Below are positions 8,072-15,886 of a DNA stretch of 64,000 nucleotides, piece after piece (positions within the stretch are counted from its first letter, which is position 1; the number at the start of each line of letters is the position of its first letter). This stretch comes from Thermodesulfovibrio yellowstonii (lineage in GTDB: Bacteria; Nitrospirota; Thermodesulfovibrionia; Thermodesulfovibrionales; Dissulfurispiraceae). The stretch is taken from the NCBI GenBank assembly GCA_020724365.1, contig DYHD01000002.1, positions 393-64,392 of the forward strand, in the 5' to 3' direction. The notes beneath the pieces are model-generated. The model made no database searches. It saw only the letters and a list, made by a program, of their open reading frames with translations, and was not told the origin of the DNA. A program made the translations under genes and the position numbers.

Positions 8072-9223
8072 CTATGTGGATGCTGAGTTAGCCTTTACAG
8101 CCTCCCTCTTTTCCTCAGATCTTATTTTATTAATCATGAGAAAAGCATACATAGCTACGGCCATAACTATACTTGCATAGTTTACAGACGCTAACAAAGA
8201 ACTTGGATAATAGTTTCCATAAACATAAACTCCCAGAACCTGGGAGCCAACAAAGGCTCATATCATCCCCCACTTAGTAGGTGAAAATCTACTCTTCACA
8301 AAATCTTTTCTTAAATAATCACTGAGCAGATATATGCAAAAAATACCCCATGAGACTGCTGTCACATAAGACAAGTTGATTGAAAGAAATAATGAAGCAT
8401 CAACATTAATTGCAAAGTATTTTTGCAAATATAACATAAGCCTATAAAAACTCACCCCAAAAAGGCAAATAATTGGGATAACCATAAAATAAGCGGGCAA
8501 CAACGGAATGTCGGGTAATCTTGAGGATTTTATTTGGAGGTAAACCAAATATGATAGTTTAGTAACAAACAAGAAAACGCCGATACCTAACACAAATAAT
8601 GTTCCAAAGGCTGCAATCGAGGCTATTTCACTATTTATTGCAGTGGCTGCGATTCCTGAACCGGTTAAACAAACAAGGCCGAATGCAAAAACATCAAGCA
8701 GCCATGTAAAGTTTAATTTGTCGGTATCTACAGGGTTAGTGAGCCATATTTTGAGCACCTTGAATTCAAGTTTGAGAATAATGAGCCAAAGAGCCCCGAA
8801 GAAAAGCAAAGAAGGCAGCATCAGGGACTGTAAAATTGAAGACAATTGAGGCAAAAAAAATGCGAGAGGACCCCAAATTATATTTGCAGTCATAGATAAA
8901 GAAGCAATGGGCGAAAAAACCCCTATGTTGATTTTGGGATCATTTATAAAGGTATTATACTCTTCCTTATTTGCCAGCCACATTACAAGACTTTTAAGAA
9001 AAACCAATGTAAAAAGCAGATGGGTAACGGTAAATACGAGCATGATCCCAACTAAGGGAAAAAGGTGAATGTTTTGAGCTATGGTCAACTCAGACCATGG
9101 AATATCGAATAGCATAACCGGCTTACCCCAGCGTGGCTCTACAAACTGCAAATAAACAAAAGGCATTAAGGCAACGCCTCCAGCGGCTACTGATGTCTGA
9201 AAAATTATTGGTGTGAATTTCAT
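8072..9223 (-). CDS. TDT/TehA-like polytopic membrane protein with in-frame TGA at 8258-8260 (candidate Sec; the conventional ORF is 8258..9223)
   Basis: The 321-aa ORF is almost entirely hydrophobic helices and ends 'FSPTKWGMI' + TGA. The same frame continues for 61 stop-free codons ('AFVGSQVLGVYVYGNYYPSSLLASVNYASIVMAVAMYAFLMINKIRSEEKRE..') encoding further TM-like sequence. It ends at TAG 8072-8074, 42 nt before the next gene. The family call rests on overall topology and a 'W..F.G' C-terminal motif and is tentative. Confidence 0.5.
8230..8246 (-). promoter_or_regulatory. SECIS-like hairpin 11 nt downstream of the TGA at 8258-8260
   Basis: mRNA sense CUCCCAG-GUU-CUGGGAG, a perfect 7-bp stem. 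If the closing pair opens, the loop reads GGUUC. Confidence 0.4.
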
Positions 9224-9318
9224 GATTTATCCTCGTATAGTAGTCTTTTGGTGCGAGTTTTTAGGCAAAATGTTCAAAATATTTATAGAGCAATATGGTT
9301 TAAATAAGCCTCCTTCTT

Positions 9319-9600
9319 TCAAAATGCCCCTATTACATTATCTTCCTTTATCATCAGGTCAACGAGCATATCATAATCAATTTTTTTGATATCTTTTTCT
9401 ATGTCTCCTTCGCCAAGCCCTCTGAGCCTTCTATCCTCATCAAGCAGATAAACCGTTCCGCAGAAACCCTCAAGGCGGTCTTTCACTGCGAAGTAAACCG
9501 CATTCTGGATAAGGCATATATCAGCAGCCATATCACGGGCTATTTTTATGCCCCTTTTACCTTCTGTTGTATCAGGGGCGGTTTTTATTATCACGAGCAT
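9319..9600 (-). CDS. DsrH/TusB-like protein, 93 aa
   Basis: Size, an 'MLVIIKTAP' type N-terminus and its position as third gene after DsrE- and DsrF-like ORFs. Confidence 0.55.
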   Translation of the reverse strand: MLVIIKTAPDTTEGKRGIKIARDMAADICLIQNAVYFAVKDRLEGFCGTVYLLDEDRRLRGLGEGDIEKDIKKIDYDMLVDLMIKEDNVIGAF

Positions 9601-9614
9601 CTTTACCTCCAGAC

Positions 9615-9968
9615 TTAAAATATCATCGTTACATCTGTAGAGCTTAATATTTCAGCAATCTCAGAACTGCCTAACACCTTTACCCCGTCTATAAGATGTG
9701 TAGTCTCCATGCCTTCTTCCTTCAAAGAAGCCCTCTCTGCATATATTTCAACATTCATATCAATGCAGTCCTTTATCCCTTCTTCAATGCTTAAATATTC
9801 AGTATTGCTCGTATCCTGTCCCTTTCTTGCAGCATTAACACCGCCGTCAATTAAAATAAGATTAACTGAAATCCCCTCAGTTATGCCTCCAAGCGCATGC
9901 CTTATCGCCTCAGATGCGTCAATGGTGCCGTATGGTGGTTTTCTTAAAATAATATTTATACTCTCCAT
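9615..9968 (-). CDS. DsrF/TusC-like protein, 117 aa
   Basis: DsrE-fold pattern 'INIILRKPPYGT..A.EA.R.ALG' and 'LILIDGGVNAA'. Second gene of the E-F-H triplet. Confidence 0.6.
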   Translation of the reverse strand: MESINIILRKPPYGTIDASEAIRHALGGITEGISVNLILIDGGVNAARKGQDTSNTEYLSIEEGIKDCIDMNVEIYAERASLKEEGMETTHLIDGVKVLGSSEIAEILSSTDVTMIF

Positions 9969-9979
9969 AAAAAATCCCC

Positions 9980-10324
9980 TTATACACCAAAATTCAAAAA
10001 AATCGGTCGAGACTTTATCACATTAAAAAGCCCTTTCAAAGAACTCATCTCTCCACCTTTGACTGAATCCTCGCCCGCAAGACCGCGGTTCATCATACAC
10101 CCTGTTCATATATCAACCTTCAGTCCCCGCTCTACAAGGTCTTCCAAAGCCGATAATGATTTAGGAAGCTGCCCTTTTACAATTGAGAAGACGCCGTCAC
10201 CAGAGGCAATAAGCCTCACCTTTAGCCCCTTCTTTATTGCGATATCAGCAAGATTAAATATTGTGTGTGTATTTTCAAAACTATAGGGCGTTGTTGTAAG
10301 AAACATCACTATCTCCTTTTGCAT
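9980..10324 (-). CDS. DsrE/TusD-like protein with in-frame TGA at 10106-10108 (candidate selenocysteine); 114 aa if read through
   Basis: The listed ORF 10106..10324 (72 aa) stops at TGA. The same frame continues for 41 codons ('TGCMMNRGLAGEDSVKGGEMSSLKGLFNVIKSRPIFLNFGV') to TAA at 9980-9982, 11 nt before the next start. The result has normal DsrE/TusD length, and the TGA sits where the active-site Cys lies in the 'h-h-C-x5-RG' motif. Confidence 0.65.
10075..10088 (-). promoter_or_regulatory. Small hairpin with GGUCUU loop 17 nt downstream of the TGA at 10106-10108 (weak SECIS candidate)
   Basis: mRNA sense CCGC-GGUCUU-GCGG. It is only a 4-bp stem. The loop contains the GGUC that I recall from the E. 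coli fdhF SECIS apical loop. Confidence 0.3.
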
Positions 10325-10325
10325 T

Positions 10326-10667
10326 TTAATGCCTCCTTTGTCCGGGATATACTCCCTTTTTTGTTACAGGACAACAAGCAGGGGGTGGCAATTCTTCCTG
10401 ATAATCTTTCCTGAGAATCTCCAGTATATCAGGCACTAAGGGGTCTCTGAGGAAATAACATCTGAGCCTTCCATCCATATAATAGTCAATTAAGCCGTGC
10501 GTTCTTAAAATAGTGAGGTGTTGCGAGGTATTAGACTGGCTGATTTCAAGGAATTCCTCAAAATCGCTTACACATTTTACCCCTTTGGTTAGTTCCTCCA
10601 GTATTTGTATCCTTACAGGATGTGCAATTACTTTTAGTAGTTCTGCTTTTTTCCCTAAAGAAAGCAT
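10326..10667 (-). CDS. ArsR/SmtB-family transcriptional regulator, 113 aa
   Basis: wHTH 'HPVRIQILEEL...CVSDFEEFLEISQSNTSQHLTILRTHGLI' and a C-terminal 'PPPACCP' cysteine pair. Its stop lies 1 nt from the DsrE-like start. Confidence 0.8.
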   Translation of the reverse strand: MLSLGKKAELLKVIAHPVRIQILEELTKGVKCVSDFEEFLEISQSNTSQHLTILRTHGLIDYYMDGRLRCYFLRDPLVPDILEILRKDYQEELPPPACCPVTKKGVYPGQRRH

Positions 10668-10869
10668 ATCTCAAATACCCTTTTATTTATGACTACCAAA
10701 TATTATGTTTTAGGCTGTAAAAATGGCTTATAATTATTCCCTGCTTATGGAGATTATATTTTGAAACTTGAATTTTCTTATGTTAGAATATCTTAATATT
10801 TTAATATATTGTTTTGTCAATGTAAAAAATTACTCCATTTTGGAAATTTTGATTCATAAAGGAGGAATT

Positions 10870-12009
10870 ATGCGTAAGCCTGTCTATCTCGATTATAATG
10901 CAACAACCCCTCATGATGCTGAGGTTATCTCTGCAATGCGACCATATTTAGAGGAACATTTCGGCAACCCCTCAAGCTCTCACCAATATGGGCTAATCTC
11001 AAGAGAAGCCATAGAATTAGCTAGAAGACAGATTGCATCATTGTTAAACTCTTACCCTGAAGAGATTGTGTTTACAAGTGGTGGGACTGAATCTAATAAT
11101 CATGCTATAAAAGGCATTGCCTATGCTAATTTACATCGAGGCAATCATATAATCACATCTCAGATTGAACATCCTTCGGTAACAGATGTTTGTGAATACC
11201 TTCGTAAAAATGGTTTTGAGATTACATATATACCTGTAGATGAATCAGGGCTTGTGAATCCCACTGATATCGAAAAGGCAATTACAAACAGGACAATTTT
11301 AATAACTATCATGCATGCCAATAATGAAGTGGGCACAATTCAACCAATAGAAGAGATTGCTGAAATAGCTTCAAAAAATGGCATAATTTTTCATACAGAT
11401 GCAGCTCAGTCTCTTGGAAAGATCTTAGCGGATATCAATTCATTGAGAGTTGACCTCCTTACCATAGCCGGTCATAAATTATATGCACCAAAAGGAGTCG
11501 GTGCCCTTTATATTAAACAAGGCACTGTCCTAACAAAGTTAATGCATGGAGCAGGTCAGGAAAGAGGCATAAGAGCTGGAACGGAGAATGTCCTTGAGAT
11601 TGTCGGGCTGGGCAAGGCATGTGAGATAGCAAAAAGAGATTTTGATAAAAATTATATGCAGATGCAACAGACAAGAGACATGCTATATCTTACACTCAAA
11701 GAAAAGATAAAAGATTTGAGACTTAACGGGCATCCTGAAAAAAGACTTCCAAACACCTTGAGTATCAGCTTTAAAGGTATAAATGCTAATTCCCTTATTT
11801 CAAAAATCAAGGACTATGTAGCGGTCTCTGCTGGTGCTGCGTGTCATTCTGGTGTGGAAAAAATATCTTCCGTCTTGACGGCTATGAGAGTCCCATATGA
11901 GTGGGCTAAAGGCACAATACGATTTTCAACAGGCAAGATGACCACCGATGAAGAGATTCAATATGCTATTGGAGTTATCTCGGAAACTATAAATTCACCT
12001 CATCTCTAA
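10870..12009 (+). CDS. Cysteine desulfurase (NifS/IscS class V aminotransferase)
   Basis: 'VYLDYNATTP', 'FTSGGTESNN', 'TIAGHKLYAPKGVGALY' (PLP-Lys), 'SAGAACHSG' (active-site Cys). I place the start at the ATG 10870 preceded by 'aaggagg'. The ORF-track start 10768 (TTG) adds an implausible AT-rich leader. Confidence 0.85.
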   Translation: MRKPVYLDYNATTPHDAEVISAMRPYLEEHFGNPSSSHQYGLISREAIELARRQIASLLNSYPEEIVFTSGGTESNNHAIKGIAYANLHRGNHIITSQIEHPSVTDVCEYLRKNGFEITYIPVDESGLVNPTDIEKAITNRTILITIMHANNEVGTIQPIEEIAEIASKNGIIFHTDAAQSLGKILADINSLRVDLLTIAGHKLYAPKGVGALYIKQGTVLTKLMHGAGQERGIRAGTENVLEIVGLGKACEIAKRDFDKNYMQMQQTRDMLYLTLKEKIKDLRLNGHPEKRLPNTLSISFKGINANSLISKIKDYVAVSAGAACHSGVEKISSVLTAMRVPYEWAKGTIRFSTGKMTTDEEIQYAIGVISETINSPHL

Positions 12010-12027
12010 AATATGGGAAAAGATATA

Positions 12028-12801
12028 TTATTTCACCTCGTGGCTAAGTCCAATATAATAAACCTGAGGCTTTGAGTTGTAACCAGGACTTAATACTGTA
12101 ACCCTATTGGTTTTGACGATCTTAGTAACTGGATCATCAGGATTATGGATGTTTCCTATCTTTCTGGCGCCGAAGGCACATGCATCAACACAAGCGGGTT
12201 GCAAGCCTCGAGTTATGCGATGATAGCAAAAGTTGCATTTCTCTGCGACATGTAAAATAGGATGTATAAATCTTATGCTGTATGGACAATTTGAAATGCA
12301 GGCTGAGCAGCCAATACACCATTTTCTATCGACTAGAACAACGCCATCGCTTGTTTTGTAAGTTGCTCCAACAGGGCAAACTTCTACGCAAAGAGGGCGA
12401 TCGCATTGATTACATAGTTTAGGTACAAACATTCCTTTAGCTATATCTACATTGGGGACTTCTATCCCAAGCGGATTATTTCTAATAAACCCGTCACGTC
12501 CCTGTTTTGGGGAGTCAACAATCATTTTGCCATCTTTTTTGATTATATATCTTTCTATCCATGTTCGGGCTAAATTTATATGATAGGGAAGCTCATTTTC
12601 AATCTGACATGCCTTGACGCACATACCGCATCCAATACATTTAGTTGAATCTACGAGGAATATCCACCTGATGTTAGATTGTTTTGCAATATCTGCTTTG
12701 GCTTCTGAAGCTAAAAACTCTATGGCACCTAGTGGCAGTGACATGCCAGCTATAGTTATAATTCCAGCCTTTAAAAAATCTCTTCTGGAGTGTTTATTCA
12801 T
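12028..12801 (-). CDS. Periplasmic 4x[4Fe-4S] ferredoxin-type subunit (NrfC/PsrB/DsrO-like) with Tat signal
   Basis: 'SRRDFLKAG' twin-arginine motif. Cys clusters 'CIGCGMCVKAC', 'CNQCDRPLCVEVCP', 'CIGCSACISNCP', 'CNFC....PACVDAC'. Confidence 0.8.
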   Translation of the reverse strand: MNKHSRRDFLKAGIITIAGMSLPLGAIEFLASEAKADIAKQSNIRWIFLVDSTKCIGCGMCVKACQIENELPYHINLARTWIERYIIKKDGKMIVDSPKQGRDGFIRNNPLGIEVPNVDIAKGMFVPKLCNQCDRPLCVEVCPVGATYKTSDGVVLVDRKWCIGCSACISNCPYSIRFIHPILHVAEKCNFCYHRITRGLQPACVDACAFGARKIGNIHNPDDPVTKIVKTNRVTVLSPGYNSKPQVYYIGLSHEVK

Positions 12802-12811
12802 ATTCGTATCC

Positions 12812-13312
12812 TCACTTAATATTAGCCTTATGGGGGTTATGACACGCTATACATTCCATTTCTGGATTATGGTTATCAGGGTCTATCAACTTGAGTTTAA
12901 TATCCCCTTTTGGCAATTCGGAGTATTGTGTCGGACGATAGGGAAGGTCTGAATGACATCTTAGGCAAAGCCCTCTGCCCTTATCGATAGCAAGTTTAGT
13001 GGGATTGTCGGGGTGATCAATTGCAGGTCCATGACAGCTCTCGCAAGAAACTTTTGCATGCAAAGATGCCTCTACTTGTTTAAACTCATTTGCGTGGCAG
13101 TCCATGCAATATGAATTGCCGCGATATTTCACCTTGAAGTCTTTCCACTCCTGCTGGTTTGCAAAACGGTGCCATTGATATCTGTAATCATTATTAGCAG
13201 CCTTGAAGGATGGAGCTATAATCATTCTGGCTCCGACAATACCCGCTACCCCTATAATGGTAATAAGAACTAAGGCAATTAATATTTTTCCAAGTCCAAT
13301 TTGACCTTTCAT
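12812..13312 (-). CDS. Membrane-anchored tetrahaem c-type cytochrome, 166 aa
   Basis: N-terminal TM helix plus four CXXCH motifs (CMDCH, CESCH, CLRCH, CIACH). Confidence 0.8.
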   Translation of the reverse strand: MKGQIGLGKILIALVLITIIGVAGIVGARMIIAPSFKAANNDYRYQWHRFANQQEWKDFKVKYRGNSYCMDCHANEFKQVEASLHAKVSCESCHGPAIDHPDNPTKLAIDKGRGLCLRCHSDLPYRPTQYSELPKGDIKLKLIDPDNHNPEMECIACHNPHKANIK

Positions 13313-13332
13313 TTATATAATCTCCTCACAAA

Positions 13333-14520
13333 TCATTCTTCATCCCTTTCGTCTTTATCAAGGGGTAGATATTTTATGCCGAGCATATATCCTGTCCAAA
13401 TAAAACCAAGTAAACCAATGCTGTAAGCAATTTCTACAAGACTGGGGGTATAAGATGCAAGTTCATAGAGAGAGCCTCCAAGCTCATTGTCAAAAGGAGT
13501 GAAGGCAAGAAAAGGAACAAGCTGACCTACGATAATAAAATCATATCGTCCAATATAAAGCCCTACTACCACTAGAAGACCGGCTAACGCCATCTTATTG
13601 ATATCCTTGAATCTTGAATAGACCAATAATGCAATTGGTATCAAATAAGTCATTAAAACTTCGCCGACCCAGAAATTCAAAGAGAATTTGCCTGTCAAGA
13701 GTATGAAAGCCTCTTTTTTGTGTGCATAATGACTTGAGACCACCTTCCAATATAAAAAGAAAAGGGCGATCACGAGAAGATAAACCAGCATCTTGCCAAT
13801 TATCCGAAGTGACTCTTTAAGCTTTTCACTCATTTGTGCGCCTGTCATCTTATATGTGTATGTGGTTATAAATATAATCATAGCTGAAGATGTAAAAAGA
13901 GCTGATAGAAGGAAATATATGGGATAGTATGGTCCAAACCATAAAGATCTTGAATAGTTGAGCCCAAAGATAGCACCATGGTAGCTGTGCACTACAACAG
14001 CTGCAACAAATGCCACTATTGCTACAACCTTGACAAGCAAGTCATGATGTCCCCTTTTTATAACAAGATATAGTTCAAGTGAGATTAAAAGTATATAAAG
14101 CGTGATGCTCATTGCTACTACTCCCATAGGAGCCGTGAAATGAGTGGTCAATAACAAAAAAGGCGCCCTAAGCGGTGAAGCCAAATCTGCTGCTACGCTT
14201 AAGACGCCTGCCACAACGATAATTACTGCAAGATAAAGAGCCCTGCGGCTGATGACATCAAATTGTTTAAAGCCTAAAACTATACCGAATGAGGAAATAT
14301 AACTTAATCCGATGCTGGAGATAGCAAAAGCATAATTTACAATAAAAATACCCCATGGAACTTCTTTGCTGGTAGCGAGTGCGTGATGACCGAAAATCGC
14401 TATATGGACTCCGCCATATAAGAACCCTGCCAGCATAATCAAACCCGCTACCAAGCTTAGCATAAACCATCTAGATTGAGGCTCAGCCTGAGAAGCAGTC
14501 AAAAGCTGTTCTGTTCGCAT
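13333..14520 (-). CDS. NrfD/PsrC-family integral membrane quinone-interacting subunit, 395 aa
   Basis: Polytopic hydrophobic protein of NrfD size, immediately upstream of the cytochrome c and FeS subunits (typical NrfD-type module). Confidence 0.65.
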   Translation of the reverse strand: MRTEQLLTASQAEPQSRWFMLSLVAGLIMLAGFLYGGVHIAIFGHHALATSKEVPWGIFIVNYAFAISSIGLSYISSFGIVLGFKQFDVISRRALYLAVIIVVAGVLSVAADLASPLRAPFLLLTTHFTAPMGVVAMSITLYILLISLELYLVIKRGHHDLLVKVVAIVAFVAAVVVHSYHGAIFGLNYSRSLWFGPYYPIYFLLSALFTSSAMIIFITTYTYKMTGAQMSEKLKESLRIIGKMLVYLLVIALFFLYWKVVSSHYAHKKEAFILLTGKFSLNFWVGEVLMTYLIPIALLVYSRFKDINKMALAGLLVVVGLYIGRYDFIIVGQLVPFLAFTPFDNELGGSLYELASYTPSLVEIAYSIGLLGFIWTGYMLGIKYLPLDKDERDEE

Positions 14521-14546
14521 AATTTCTATTAGCCTCCTATAGAATG

Positions 14547-14906
14547 TTAGTTAGAATTTTTGGCTGTCCGAAGGGAGTCGAGAATTTCATTAGTCTCCTT
14601 TTGTGTGGCTGTTGCATGTGCTTGAGAATAATCTTTCTTTTTTTTAAGTGAATCGATTATCGTTCCACATATCCATCCAAAGATAAAACCTAAAGCAATA
14701 AATAATGAACTAGCAACTATAATCCCGATTATCATTGATATCGCTGTTACTATAATATTAGCATTTCCGAAGATATATTTGCCAATATTTGTACCTACTA
14801 CACCAGTTAAATATGAAACTGGTAGCAGCCACACGAGCAAATAAATAATCAAAGCACCCATTGCTCCTAAATAGGACCCAATTTTTGGAAAGTTAACAGT
14901 TCTCAT
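14547..14906 (-). CDS. Small membrane protein (about 3 TM), unknown function
   Basis: Hydrophobic ORF with 'gaggaggg' RBS; first gene of the NrfD operon. Confidence 0.5.
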   Translation of the reverse strand: MRTVNFPKIGSYLGAMGALIIYLLVWLLPVSYLTGVVGTNIGKYIFGNANIIVTAISMIIGIIVASSLFIALGFIFGWICGTIIDSLKKKKDYSQAHATATQKETNEILDSLRTAKNSN

Positions 14907-14948
14907 AACTCCCTCCTCATAATTATTTGTTTACATTATTGTTATGCT

Positions 14949-15235
14949 CAATTGTAGCATACTTCAATGTAGGATGCAAGTAGTATATTTTTGAAAATTA
15001 ATATTTATGAAATACTACAAATGAGTATTAGAATTTTAAAGAAAAAAAGCATTATTTTATACTTATAAGATTAATATATCAATAATATCAATAACTTATA
15101 AATTATTGTCAGCATGAATTATATGGACGATTTAAACATCATAATATTTATAATCCTACAATGTAGCATCCTACTAAGTAGGATTAAAGTTTTTTATTCT
15201 TAGATTAATAAACTTAAAGTGCTACAATGTAGGAA
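14949..15235. promoter_or_regulatory. Cluster of CTACAATGTAG-type palindromic half-sites (putative operators) in a divergent promoter region
   Basis: 'caattgtagcat' 14949-14960, 'caatgtaggat' 14965-14975, 'cctacaatgtagcat' 15155-15169, the perfect palindrome 'atcctactaagtaggat' 15168-15184, and 'gctacaatgtaggaag' 15220-15235. Confidence 0.45.
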
Positions 15236-15341
15236 GTGTGAACTCTTAAATTAAAGTTATTTTTGATCTAAGTTTTTGGGTAGGTTACCAATATATACAT
15301 TGTTGTGATATAATAAAGAACTATATTTGCTCAGGGAGTAA

Positions 15342-15728
15342 ATGATATTGAAAAAAGAGGAATTGATAAAAATTCGAAACTATTTGGGTAAAAGCCAAAA
15401 TGAGTTGGCTCAACTATTAGGCTGTTCCCTTAAATCTATACAGAGCTTTGAACAAGGCAGAAGACATATCCCCATTTATATTGAACGTCAGGCTCTGATG
15501 CTTTTGCATCTCGCAAAACCACCAGAAAAAAGATGGCAACCTTGCTGGGCTATTATTGAATGCTGCACGGAGAAAAGAAGCCAATGTCCTGCATGGGAAT
15601 TTCAGGCAGGGTATATTTGTTGGTTTATCAATGGAACAATATGTCATGGCAAGGTACAAGAAAGCTGGCAAAAGAAGATGGAAATGTGCCGGGAATGTAA
15701 GGTTTTTAAAGGTCTGCTTCCCGATTAG
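15342..15728 (+). CDS. XRE-family HTH regulator fused to a Cys/Trp-rich C-terminal domain (two-CW-like), 128 aa
   Basis: N-terminus 'LGKSQNELAQLLGCSLKSIQSFEQGRR' (HTH_XRE). The C-terminus 'PCWAIIECCTEKRSQCPAWEF..YICWFINGTICHG....CRECKVF' has 9 Cys and two CW pairs. Confidence 0.65.
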   Translation: MILKKEELIKIRNYLGKSQNELAQLLGCSLKSIQSFEQGRRHIPIYIERQALMLLHLAKPPEKRWQPCWAIIECCTEKRSQCPAWEFQAGYICWFINGTICHGKVQESWQKKMEMCRECKVFKGLLPD

Positions 15729-15753
15729 TGTCTGTCTATAAATATACCAATTA

Positions 15754-15886
15754 GAGCTTGTCTAAAAACTACGATTTCACTCGACTGTCATTCCCCGACT
15801 TGATCGGGGAATCCAGTCTTTTCAATAGGTTCTGGATTGTCCGGTCAAGCCGGACAATGACAACATGCGAGTTTTTAGACAGGCTC
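15754..15886. repeat. 133-bp composite palindromic element (MITE-like or structured RNA)
   Basis: Termini 'gagcttgtctaaaaact' / 'agtttttagacaggctc' (16/17 complementary). Internal hairpins 'ccccgacttgatcgggg' and 'tccggtcaagccgga'. 'gtcattcc' / 'ggacaatgac' arms. Confidence 0.65.

Noticed and set aside
8258-10324. An alternative reading of the two TGA codons as genuine stops, giving a truncated 72-aa DsrE fragment and a 321-aa membrane protein.
   Set aside because: This is not fully excluded. It is disfavoured because both downstream frames stay open (41 and 61 codons) in AT-rich DNA and encode family-appropriate sequence. They also restore normal protein length and operon spacing, and are followed by hairpins. 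A nonsense mutation or sequencing error remains the main alternative.
10768-10869. N-terminal 34-aa extension of the cysteine desulfurase (TTG start in the ORF track).
   Set aside because: The leader is AT-rich and non-protein-like. A strong 'aaggagg' RBS precedes the ATG at 10870, where homology-type sequence ('MRKPVYLDYNATTP') begins.
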